From Candidatus Thorarchaeota archaeon (GTDB lineage Archaea > Asgardarchaeota > Thorarchaeia > Thorarchaeales > Thorarchaeaceae), in contig JAEOUG010000029.1 in NCBI GenBank assembly GCA_016839445.1, positions 1 through 24,866 on the forward strand: a stretch of DNA of 24,866 nt, written 5' to 3'. The notes beneath the pieces are model-generated. The model was not told where the DNA came from and did not search any database. It was given only the letters and a program-made list of their open reading frames with translations. The position numbers and the translations under genes were made by a program. This document shows positions 1 through 8,286 of the stretch, in pieces (position 1 is the stretch's first letter; each line of letters opens with the position of its first letter).

Positions 1-71
1 ACAGCACCAGACCTGACAGATGTGAGTGTCTTGTGACTCAGCCTCTGTGTCTTGGTTTCATCGGGGTTCAT
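1..71 (-). CDS. Possible 5' end of a divergent gene running off the window
   Basis: ATG at 71-69 opens a frame (MNPDETKTQRLSHKTLTSVRSGA...) with no stop before the window edge. It lies on the far side of the operator/TATA region from larA. Too short to identify. Confidence 0.3.
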   Translation of the reverse strand, partial: MNPDETKTQRLSHKTLTSVRSGA

Positions 72-105
72 GCTCTGATCCTCGTGTTGTTGCGCAGAGA
101 GAAAA

Positions 106-143
106 GTTAGACTGGTCTAACATTTAAGTTAGATTTGTCTAAC
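106..143. promoter_or_regulatory. Tandem palindromic operator, 2 x GTTAGA-N4-TCTAAC
   Basis: GTTAGACTGGTCTAAC at 106-121 and GTTAGATTTGTCTAAC at 128-143, a 22-bp period. TTTAAG (123-128) lies between the copies and ATATAAA (144-150) follows them. Confidence 0.8.
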
Positions 144-233
144 ATATAAAGATTCTTGATTGTGCCATCTTGCCTCGCAGACACACCAAAATGGTTACAT
201 ATCGAGTAAGGAAGCCCATTGGCGGGCTGTGCT

Positions 234-1616
234 ATGTCCTACTACAAGACACCTCTCAAGTACGGTGACACGACCGTTGATGAGTTCATTCCTAGAGATA
301 TCAAGGATGTACACATCGTACGAATCGGCGACTACGAGCCAGACTTCAGCAACCTCGAGAAGAAACTGAACGAAGTGCTCGACTCCCCCCTCGGGACCCC
401 GCCCTTCGAGCAGTTGGTCCAGGAGTCGTATGGTCCTGGCAAGCGTGTTCTCTTCATGGTTGATGACAAGACTCGTCCGAATCTACATACTAAGGTGCTT
501 CTACCGCTGGTGGCTGGGCGTCTGCTAAAAGCCGGAGTGGAGAAGAAGGACATCGGCATCATAATCTCCAGTGGGTCACATGTTCCTGCTAGCCCCAAGG
601 AGGTCGAGCAGAGAATCCTGGGTCCTGAGCTCTATGCAGAGTGGAAGGACCACGTTCTCGCGCACGACTGCGATAGCGGAAACACGAACGTTGGGACTAC
701 CTCACGAGGCACACCAATCCTCATCGACCAGCAAGCACTGGACTCCTGTCTTCTCATTCCATTGAGTGATAGTGAGTACCATTACTTCGCAGGCCAGGCC
801 GGAACTGTCAAGCTCTTCTGTCCGGGCGTTGCAGGCAGGGAGACAATCAGAGTTAATCACCCGAGGATGTTCGATCTTGAGAAGGGCTTCGTGGAGGGAT
901 GTCGTCTTGGCAACTGCGAAGGAAACCCTGTCATTCAGGACATGATTGAGATTGCTGAGCTAATGAAGAAGAGAATTCCCATATTCTGCGTTGACTGCAT
1001 TGTCCACCACGACGAAATAGTATACTTGCAGGCAGGTGATATTGTCGAATGTCACAAGGCAGCATCCGCTCCGCTCAGGGCCCTGAGGGTTGTGGAAGTT
1101 GATGAGCCTGCTGACCTGGTCTTTGTTTCAGTTGGTGAACTTGGTGTGAATCTGTACCAGGCAGGGAAGGGAATTCATGCAGCATGGAACGCCATCCGTC
1201 ATGACAGGAAGGGATGGATTGTGCTCCTCTCCCCGTGCGAGGATGGCATTGGCAGTGCTGGATATGAGGAAGCCATGCGTGCAGCAAAGGATATGGAAGT
1301 GCAAGATGCCTTGCGCTTCGTCATCCAGACTTATTGCTCTGAGAAGACATTCAAGATAGGCAATCAGAAGCCTCCTGACCTGTTCCGCATCCTTCTGGAC
1401 GTTGCTGAGGGTAACATCAAGGTGATTAGCGGACTTGATCCAGAGGAGCTTCGCAGCATCTACCGAATGGAGGGATGCTCCGTTAACGGGCCAGAGCAGG
1501 TCCGAGAGCAGCTCCGCGAGATTGTCGCCAGATTCCTGACCGAGACCCCAACTCCGAGAATCTACGTGTTAGATGATCCGGGTCTGCTAGTCAATGTCAG
1601 GAACCAGATTCACTAG
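234..1616 (+). CDS. larA: LarA-family (lactate racemase-like, DUF2088) nickel-pincer nucleotide-dependent racemase/epimerase
   Basis: Motifs DDKTRP, SGSH, HYFAG.AG..KLFCPGVAG, NHP and NLYQAGKG match the LarA active-site Asp/Arg, His residues, cofactor-linked Lys and YQ..K. ATG 234 preferred over TTG 219. Substrate not assignable. Confidence 0.85.
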   Translation: MSYYKTPLKYGDTTVDEFIPRDIKDVHIVRIGDYEPDFSNLEKKLNEVLDSPLGTPPFEQLVQESYGPGKRVLFMVDDKTRPNLHTKVLLPLVAGRLLKAGVEKKDIGIIISSGSHVPASPKEVEQRILGPELYAEWKDHVLAHDCDSGNTNVGTTSRGTPILIDQQALDSCLLIPLSDSEYHYFAGQAGTVKLFCPGVAGRETIRVNHPRMFDLEKGFVEGCRLGNCEGNPVIQDMIEIAELMKKRIPIFCVDCIVHHDEIVYLQAGDIVECHKAASAPLRALRVVEVDEPADLVFVSVGELGVNLYQAGKGIHAAWNAIRHDRKGWIVLLSPCEDGIGSAGYEEAMRAAKDMEVQDALRFVIQTYCSEKTFKIGNQKPPDLFRILLDVAEGNIKVISGLDPEELRSIYRMEGCSVNGPEQVREQLREIVARFLTETPTPRIYVLDDPGLLVNVRNQIH

Positions 1617-2677
1617 GCTTGGACCCTTTTTCTGTCCAGCAAGAGGACCACGACTGCAACCGCTGTGACAGCGACACCGCCTATGATGAGAAGCACTGGT
1701 TCTATAGTAGGCGGTGGGTAGGACATCCCGAATTCCACGAGTTGCAGCACAAATCGACTGCCCGTCAGGGGGACGTCATAATACGAATCTGCATACATTG
1801 GACAATAGGATCCATAAGGGGCTCCTCCCGATACAACGATTACATTGTCACCATCGATGCCGACGTTCACCTGAATTGTGGCCGCCACGAACGATCCTGT
1901 CTGAGCCTGCTCGTAGAGAATCGGCGGCGGAGGATTCCAGTCCTCCACATAGGCAGTTGGGCTGTAGAAGAGAATGTTGTGAACACTGGGAATCGTGACG
2001 GTTTCGAGCAAGACCGGCGACTCGTATCGGCTAGGCGTCGAGCTGTTGCTTCCGTAGAGCATAGTGGCACCGTGCATCAGGACTTGGTCCACGCCCTCTA
2101 CAACCCTTGCTACGAATGGATCGTCGCTCGTTGTGTTTGCGATTGCTCTGTAGGTCGCTCCGCAGCTCATTATGTCATCTGCAATGTGGGCGTCCTCACC
2201 ATAGACCTTGGATCCGATGCTCTCCAGTACTGTACTCATGTTCGTGTTGATGAAGTGACACCCTTCAGGGTCATCCGAGTAGTCTGAGTCGTAGGCAACC
2301 CAGATGAACTTCCCTCCCTGCTGGAACCACTCTTGAATTGCGTTGAACTCCTGTTCGTCAAACCCGTTGTCCTCTCCATATATGGAGCCAAGAATCATGC
2401 ACTTGGCAGGTTCCAGAAGCGACGAATTGAGTCCGCCAGTGGCAATGACGACTTCATAGCCCATCTCTGAGAGATTGCCAAAGAAGTTGGGGTCATGGTA
2501 GTATCTGCCTTGCACATTCTGATCCTGACCGTGGGAGTAGTCTATGATGATGATAGGGGCGGGGGAATCTTGTGCAATGACAGTCTCGGGCAGTCCTGCG
2601 GCACCAGTCAAGAAGATGCATGTGGCTATGAGTAATGCTCGATTCCGCACCTCATCCACCGTAATTCGTTCTACCAA
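1613..2677 (-). CDS. Secreted, C-terminally membrane-anchored protein with a DUF4350/GATase-like (IIDYSHGQ) domain
   Basis: N-terminal hydrophobic signal (ALLIATCIFLTGAAG), IIIDYSHGQ motif, and a C-terminal PPPT linker + TM helix + RKR tail. True start may be GTG 2650. Confidence 0.6.
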   Translation of the reverse strand: MVERITVDEVRNRALLIATCIFLTGAAGLPETVIAQDSPAPIIIIDYSHGQDQNVQGRYYHDPNFFGNLSEMGYEVVIATGGLNSSLLEPAKCMILGSIYGEDNGFDEQEFNAIQEWFQQGGKFIWVAYDSDYSDDPEGCHFINTNMSTVLESIGSKVYGEDAHIADDIMSCGATYRAIANTTSDDPFVARVVEGVDQVLMHGATMLYGSNSSTPSRYESPVLLETVTIPSVHNILFYSPTAYVEDWNPPPPILYEQAQTGSFVAATIQVNVGIDGDNVIVVSGGAPYGSYCPMYADSYYDVPLTGSRFVLQLVEFGMSYPPPTIEPVLLIIGGVAVTAVAVVVLLLDRKRVQA

Positions 2678-2782
2678 GTACGTATTAAACCGAAGTCATT
2701 GTAAGCTTAAGCACACAACCATCACCGAAGCCTCCCACTCGTAGCTTGATGTCGGATTGACTGTAGTTCTCTGCGCTCTATT

Positions 2783-4261
2783 CTACTGGTTCCTTCTCTT
2801 CCTCATGATTACACATGAAATCACGATGAAACATCCCCCCGTGACTGCTAGGAGGATTTGCTCTGTTGGCGAACCTTGATGGGTTTCGACCAGTCTTGCC
2901 AGAGTCCTACCTGCATCCACCCAATATCCGGCGGAAGCGACGCAGTGGCCGGCGATTTCCTCAAGACTGTCAGAGTATTCTCTCACTGCTGATGTCAGGT
3001 CAAGAGTCTGCGAATAGCGTTGGGAGATGTTGTAGAAGGTCTCGAAGAACAGGCTATCTCGGGGCACGATATCTGCAGAGGCTCTCACAGATATGTTGCT
3101 TGTCAAAGCTTCCATGTGGGGGAGGGCTTCAGCGGCAATCCCCACAAACTCAGTCAGGTTATAGTCCAGTAGGAGGCCAGGCAGCCGTGCCAGTGCACTT
3201 CTGTACGAGTAGTACTGCATTGTTAGGAACGCCTCAAGATTTGTGCCGAGCAAGGCTAGCGCCTGTTGCCAGTATTGCTCGGGAAGTCGTCGTACGTATG
3301 ACTCTATAGTCGCCGGAGTCATGTCAAGTGCAAGTCCTTTGAAGGCGTCGCTACCTGCGCTCATATAGAAGAAGCTCTCATAGCCCCGGAAATACGAGGT
3401 CCTGTTTCCAAGCAGCCTCTCTGTGACATACTTCGCCAGCCTCTCCTGATAGTCTTCAGGGGGGCCGGATCCCGGAGCGACGTAGAAGGCGACATAGCCC
3501 GCGGAGCGCCATGTGACGTCCAAGGTGCTATATGCCATGCTGTAGTTGTAGCTGCCATCAGACGGGTACCCGTAATCATCTGCGTTCAGGCCAATACCGG
3601 GGTCGTATACCTGCACTCTTCTCGTTAGGTCGTCATAGCCCACGATGGCTATCGCATGGCCAACTCCTCCATTCTGGAGCGTAATCCCCATATCTCTTAC
3701 AATGTCCCAGTCTTCATGTGGAAGATAGAAAGTGTCTACTACAATCGCCAGTGGGTAACCTGCGTCAATTGTGCTTCTGACTATGTCAATCGGTGTCACA
3801 TTCTCCATGTGATAGTCAATGAATTCCTGCCCCATTCCTGCGACTGCTTGAGCGGCTGTGAGTCCGTAGTCAGTGTCAGAGTCAAGATAGATGGCTGCTT
3901 CAAGGCCGTGCAGTTCTGCAAATGACTCAAACCACTGTGCCTGTCTTGACATGACGCCTGGGTAAAACGACCACATGTCCTCTACATTGACATAGACGGC
4001 AGAGAAGCCAGCTCCTGTTGCTGCAAAGAGAGTGGCGAGGTCCATTTCAATACCCATAGACTGCAGGGTCATGGAAATCGCAGATGGCATGCAGTAGCCA
4101 TTGATTTGCTGCCAGACGTACGGGACTTCCTCTACATAGCCACTAGTTGTCGTGTTTCTCACCGTGCGGGGCTCTTGTTCTTCATCTAGGACTACAACTG
4201 CCGTCTGACTTGCGGAGGAGAAACTGATCATAAGGATGCAGAGAATAAGGAATAGCCGCAT
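2783..4261 (-). CDS. Secreted, membrane-anchored papain-like cysteine peptidase (C39-like / BtrH-like)
   Basis: Signal peptide MRLFLILCILMISFSSA; catalytic motifs Q..GYCMPSA (Cys), GHAIAIVGYD (His) and VYDP (Asp); C-terminal TM + RKRR. Start moved to ATG 4261 because the longer ORF overlaps the permease. Confidence 0.75.
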   Translation of the reverse strand: MRLFLILCILMISFSSASQTAVVVLDEEQEPRTVRNTTTSGYVEEVPYVWQQINGYCMPSAISMTLQSMGIEMDLATLFAATGAGFSAVYVNVEDMWSFYPGVMSRQAQWFESFAELHGLEAAIYLDSDTDYGLTAAQAVAGMGQEFIDYHMENVTPIDIVRSTIDAGYPLAIVVDTFYLPHEDWDIVRDMGITLQNGGVGHAIAIVGYDDLTRRVQVYDPGIGLNADDYGYPSDGSYNYSMAYSTLDVTWRSAGYVAFYVAPGSGPPEDYQERLAKYVTERLLGNRTSYFRGYESFFYMSAGSDAFKGLALDMTPATIESYVRRLPEQYWQQALALLGTNLEAFLTMQYYSYRSALARLPGLLLDYNLTEFVGIAAEALPHMEALTSNISVRASADIVPRDSLFFETFYNISQRYSQTLDLTSAVREYSDSLEEIAGHCVASAGYWVDAGRTLARLVETHQGSPTEQILLAVTGGCFIVISCVIMRKRRNQ

Positions 4262-4268
4262 GCGCACT

Positions 4269-5915
4269 TCACGCGACCTCCGATATGTTGAGTCGGTACG
4301 TCCCGAAGACGAGAATGACAAGCCCCACCAAGGGGGGAAGGATGCTGGCAGATATGATTGCCTGAGCAAAGACACCCTGCTTGATACCAATCAGGACTCC
4401 CTGGATTAGACCGACCATCATCATTATCATCATAGCGAAGATGGAGGCTAGTGTGTTTGCTGTGAAGGCTCCACTTGACGTGTCGTCGTAGGCTGGGTTT
4501 GCGGCAGTGATTCCGATTCCCACGAATACTCCTCCTGCAACAACACAGTAGACATGGGCGATAATGAGCAGGATGTTCTGCCAAGAGAGTCCAATGAGTA
4601 GACCTGCAGAGAGAGAGGGAATGACAGCGTACGGGATACTCAGTAGCAAGTAGCAGAGCACTCTAGCTAGCACATAACGGTTGACTCCGCTTGGAGCGCT
4701 CTTGAGAATCCACATCTGGTCCTTGCTGTCCAAGAACCCAATACCGCCAAAGATTACTCCGCTGAATATTCCCAACATCATACCGATTGCTAGGCTTGTC
4801 ATAATCGGAACGAATAGTGGATCAGGAATCTGCTCCGAGAAAGGACCAAACGCGAACATAAGCGGGACCAAGAGTGCAAGGAACACACCATAGGAGAGCT
4901 TCGCCACGTTCTGCAGCTTTCGTGTGTAGTCCTTCATAGCACTTGCCATGACGACTCCAAACTGCTGACCGAAGATGCGCTTAATGCCTCTGATGAAAAG
5001 ATTGTCGCGGCCCGCTCTGGCAATCTTCTTCGTCACCGGACCTGCGCCGTAGGCGAACAGCCTGTCAGCACTACGAAGCCCTACCACGAAGAGACCCAGG
5101 ATGAAGACTGCCAAGAGCGCTAGCTCGACAGTGGGAGGCACTCCGATCAAGTAATTCTGAATGTTTGCGATGGACGATGGCGGAAGACTGCTGTTGTATG
5201 CAGCCGTCATAGTCAGTAGATCTGCACACCAAGTCGTGGGGAAAATCAACATTGCCCCGAGTCCGAGAGCAGACACGATGCTTCCTGTCCAGTAGAACAT
5301 GCCCATGCTTGGGATTGCCACGAGCGGGATGAGGGCCCAGCTCAACGCCTTGCCGATGTCGTCTCCTCTCGGTGACTCACCAATCTTCGCATGCAGTGCT
5401 GTGCTCAGGACATTCGACAGAAAGATGGTGGCCAGAGTGAAGACGAAGATGATTGCATACATCAGGATTTGGCCAAGCACTGTGACTCCAAATGTCCAGG
5501 CAAATGGTGTAATCATGACGGGTGCTAGGAAGATGACAAAGAGGCCATACACAGGAATCTTCCCGATATAAGTTCCCAGCAATAGGTCTCTTGTGCTGAC
5601 GTTGCTGCTGAAGATGATCTCCCATTGGTCTGTCTTGACGTTCTCTAGACTATTGGCGAGGGGCACAACCAGTACGAACAGGAAGAGGACCAGTATCACC
5701 GTTCTCATGACACTGTGAATGGAAGTGGCAACTAACATCTCAAAGGCAGATCCGAGTCTTCCAAGGACAATCGAGAGCACACGTGGTGCACCCACCAAGG
5801 CCCACAGAATGCCCATCAGCAGTATCAGCGGGTAGAGCACCCTCCTGTGTGGATGCAGTCTCGACGTACGAACCAGCATCTCCGCCTTGGCGATGGCGAA
5901 CCAGACTCTGGTCAA
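4269..5915 (-). CDS. ABC-2 type exporter permease (multi-TM, two-repeat type)
   Basis: About 12 hydrophobic segments and two related ABC-2-like loops (WEIIFSSNVS and MWILKSAP). TTG start lies 1 nt from the ATPase stop. Confidence 0.75.
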   Translation of the reverse strand: MTRVWFAIAKAEMLVRTSRLHPHRRVLYPLILLMGILWALVGAPRVLSIVLGRLGSAFEMLVATSIHSVMRTVILVLFLFVLVVPLANSLENVKTDQWEIIFSSNVSTRDLLLGTYIGKIPVYGLFVIFLAPVMITPFAWTFGVTVLGQILMYAIIFVFTLATIFLSNVLSTALHAKIGESPRGDDIGKALSWALIPLVAIPSMGMFYWTGSIVSALGLGAMLIFPTTWCADLLTMTAAYNSSLPPSSIANIQNYLIGVPPTVELALLAVFILGLFVVGLRSADRLFAYGAGPVTKKIARAGRDNLFIRGIKRIFGQQFGVVMASAMKDYTRKLQNVAKLSYGVFLALLVPLMFAFGPFSEQIPDPLFVPIMTSLAIGMMLGIFSGVIFGGIGFLDSKDQMWILKSAPSGVNRYVLARVLCYLLLSIPYAVIPSLSAGLLIGLSWQNILLIIAHVYCVVAGGVFVGIGITAANPAYDDTSSGAFTANTLASIFAMMIMMMVGLIQGVLIGIKQGVFAQAIISASILPPLVGLVILVFGTYRLNISEVA

Positions 5916-5916
5916 C

Positions 5917-6699
5917 CTACTTCCTCCAGGTGAGAAGCGACTCCCTGTCTATCTGGCCCCCGACAATCTTCAGATAGGCATCCTCAAGGTCATCTGCGCC
6001 GGCTTGCTCGACGATGTCTTGGGGTGAGCCCAGGACCTGCAACGACCCGTTAGTCAGGATGCCGATTATGTCACATGTGTCCTCCGCGAAGCTGGTCATG
6101 TGTGTGCAGATGAAGAAGGTCGTTTCCGTTTCCTCTGCAAGAGCTAGGATCAGGTCGCGCACAAGAACGCTTGCAGCAGGATCAAGCCTGGAAGTCGGTT
6201 CATCGAGAAAGACCAACCTAGGTTCGTGCAGGAGAGTCGAGGCTACGAGCACCTTCTGCTTCATTCCTGATGAATACGACTCGAGGAGGTCATCCTGGCG
6301 AGACTCAAGTCCAAGAATACCAAGCAGCGCATCTATGCGCCTCATGAGTTTCTCTCCTCCTACTCTATTGAGAGCACCCACGAACTCCAAGAACTCCACA
6401 GCAGACAGCTTGGAGTAGAGACCGGGTGACTCAGGTAGAAGCCCTGTGACTTCCTTCACCTTATTCCTCTCCTTGGCAACATCAAAGCCGCAGACTGTTG
6501 CAGAGCCACTACTCTGCTGCAGGAGGCCTGAGAGGATTCGCACTGTCGTTGTCTTCCCAGCTCCGTTCGGACCCAGGAATCCAAACCTACTACCCTGACC
6601 AACGGCAAGGCTGAGATCATCCACAGCTCGGATTGGTCCAAACTGCTTGCACAAAGAATCTGTGATGATTGCTTTCTCTCTATCCAAACGAATGCCCAC
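5917..6699 (-). CDS. ABC transporter ATP-binding protein (ABC-2/DrrA-like)
   Basis: Walker A GPNGAGKTT, signature YSSGMKQK, Walker B VFLDEP and H-loop CTH. Likely start is GTG 6699 or TTG 6687, downstream of the TATA box at 6727-6721. Confidence 0.92.
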   Translation of the reverse strand: MGIRLDREKAIITDSLCKQFGPIRAVDDLSLAVGQGSRFGFLGPNGAGKTTTVRILSGLLQQSSGSATVCGFDVAKERNKVKEVTGLLPESPGLYSKLSAVEFLEFVGALNRVGGEKLMRRIDALLGILGLESRQDDLLESYSSGMKQKVLVASTLLHEPRLVFLDEPTSRLDPAASVLVRDLILALAEETETTFFICTHMTSFAEDTCDIIGILTNGSLQVLGSPQDIVEQAGADDLEDAYLKIVGGQIDRESLLTWRK

Positions 6700-6720
6700 G
6701 GGTGGGGCTTCGCGTGGGCC

Positions 6721-6727
6721 TATATAA
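6721..6727 (-). promoter_or_regulatory. TATA box for the ABC operon
   Basis: TTATATA on the minus strand, about 22-34 nt upstream of the candidate ATPase starts. Confidence 0.6.
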
Positions 6728-6767
6728 GTGGCATATTCGGCGCAGTGTTGTTGCCGGAAAAAGGTGC

Positions 6768-6840
6768 GAACCAGCGGCTCTTGCAGAGCTGTCAAGCACA
6801 CGCTCCATCTTTCGGCATGTGCCATCATCCGTGCTGGTCC
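6768..6840 (-). ncRNA. SECIS-like / kink-turn cis-regulatory RNA in the cysS 3' UTR
   Basis: GGACCAGC-ACGG-AUGAU-GGCACAUGC-CG-AAA-GAUGGA-GCGUGUGCU-UGAC-A-GCUCU-GCA-AGAGC-C-GCUGGUUC. This gives an 8-bp helix I, a UGAU/UGAC tandem-GA core, a 9-bp helix II and an apical AAA 11 nt after the core. A U5 tract follows at 6762-6758. Confidence 0.55.
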
Positions 6841-6852
6841 CAGTTTTGGGGC

Positions 6853-8286
6853 TCACTTCAGCTTCCAAGTGGGCCCGTCTTTGGTGTCCTCAACAAGCAC
6901 TCCGATTTCGGCGAGGCGGTCTCTAATCTTGTCAGCAGTCGCGAAGTTCTTCGCCTTCCGGGCATCCTCTCTAAGCTCCAGGAGCAGGTCAATCGAGCCC
7001 TTGAGGACCTCCGATGATGAGCTGTCACCCTCTCCGACCTTCTTCTCTGACATTTCAAGCCCAAGTATCTCAAGGAGGACTCCTAGCGTGGCAAGTGCTT
7101 CACGCAGAACGGCGGCGCCTCCAACCTCAGGTGTCAGAGTATTGAGTTCACGAATGAAGGCGAACACCTCGGCGATTCCCCCGGGAGTGTTGAAGTCGTC
7201 ACTCATCTCTCGCACGAACCCCTCTGAAAGCTTCGCAATAGCCTCGCTGAGCTTCTCGTCTGCCTCAGCTTCTCTGCTGCCTGCCTTCTCCAGGATTGAT
7301 ATTCTACCTCGAACGGAGTCGACAGCGTTTCTGATTCTCTCAACAGACTGTGTGGCCTGCCTCAGCGCGTCGTCGTTGTAATCAAGGGGCTGTCGGTAGT
7401 GCCCAGAGATGAGATAGAATCGAACGGCCTGATGATCGTAGTTGTCGAGGACCTCTCTGGCTGTGGCGAAGTTCCCTTCCGACTTGCTCATCTTGTCTTT
7501 GTTGATAGTCAAGAATCCGTTGTGGAGCCAGTACTTCACTGGTTGCTCTCCGTAGGCGGCTGTTGACTGAGCTATCTCGTTCTCATGGTGCGGGAAGATG
7601 AGGTCTTGGCCTCCTCCATGGATGTCGAAGGGTATGCCTAGGTAGTGCTTACCCATGACTGAGCATTCGGCGTGCCAGCCCGGCCTACCTTTGCTCCAAG
7701 GGCTCTCCCAAGAAGGCTCTCCGGGCTTCTCAGCTTTCCACAGCGCGAAGTCTCTGGGGTCCTGCTTCTTCTCGTCTACATCTACTCGAGCTCCCGCAGA
7801 GAGGTCCTCAGGATTAATGCCTGAGAGAGCTCCGTACTCCTTCAATTCGCTGACATCGAAGTAGACATCGCCATCGACAGCGTAGCCCTTCCCGTTCTTC
7901 AGGATCAGCCCAACCATCTCGACGATATCATCGATGTGCTCAGTGGCCCTTGGGTTCACCGTTGCGGGCTTCAGATTCAGTTCATCAGCAATCTGTCTGT
8001 ACTCCGCGATGAACTTGGCTGCAAGATCTGAAACCGCCACTCCATCTCGGTTTGCCCGGTCAATCATCTTGTCGTCCACATCCGTGAAGTTGGTCACGTA
8101 GGTCACACGGTACCCCGTATATTCAAGGAAGCGGCGTATAGTATCGAACACGGCGAAGGACCTGGCATTGCCTATGTGAGGATAGTCATAGACTGTCGGA
8201 CCACAGACATACATCCGAACATGGTTTCCTTCAAGTGGTTCGAATTCTTCCTTCTTTCGACTTAGGGTATTGTGGACTTTCAGCAT
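6853..8286 (-). CDS. cysS: Cysteinyl-tRNA synthetase
   Basis: MYVCGPTVYD..HIGN, DFALWK, GRPGWH.ECS.M, DIHGGG.DL.FPHHENE, KMSKS, DDFNTP and ADKIRD.L. Start ATG 8286 (MLKVHNTL); stop is TGA. Confidence 0.98.
   Translation of the reverse strand: MLKVHNTLSRKKEEFEPLEGNHVRMYVCGPTVYDYPHIGNARSFAVFDTIRRFLEYTGYRVTYVTNFTDVDDKMIDRANRDGVAVSDLAAKFIAEYRQIADELNLKPATVNPRATEHIDDIVEMVGLILKNGKGYAVDGDVYFDVSELKEYGALSGINPEDLSAGARVDVDEKKQDPRDFALWKAEKPGEPSWESPWSKGRPGWHAECSVMGKHYLGIPFDIHGGGQDLIFPHHENEIAQSTAAYGEQPVKYWLHNGFLTINKDKMSKSEGNFATAREVLDNYDHQAVRFYLISGHYRQPLDYNDDALRQATQSVERIRNAVDSVRGRISILEKAGSREAEADEKLSEAIAKLSEGFVREMSDDFNTPGGIAEVFAFIRELNTLTPEVGGAAVLREALATLGVLLEILGLEMSEKKVGEGDSSSSEVLKGSIDLLLELREDARKAKNFATADKIRDRLAEIGVLVEDTKDGPTWKLK

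Noticed and set aside
104-148. 22-bp direct repeat as a CRISPR remnant
   Set aside because: Only two directly abutting units, with no spacers and no cas genes; an operator explains it better.
1619-2287. Long antisense ORFs (e.g. 1619-2287, 6728-7381, 18856-19386, 19708-20280)
   Set aside because: They are shadows of well-supported genes on the opposite strand and have no recognisable motifs.
4262-4390. N-terminal extension of the peptidase ORF overlapping the permease
   Set aside because: A clear signal peptide begins at ATG 4261; the extension is a shadow of the permease 3' end.
6700-6828. 43-aa N-terminal extension of the ABC ATPase in the ORF track (MMAHAERW...)
   Set aside because: It spans the SECIS-like RNA, a U5 tract and a TATA box, so it is not used as the normal start. 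It is kept only as part of the read-through hypothesis.
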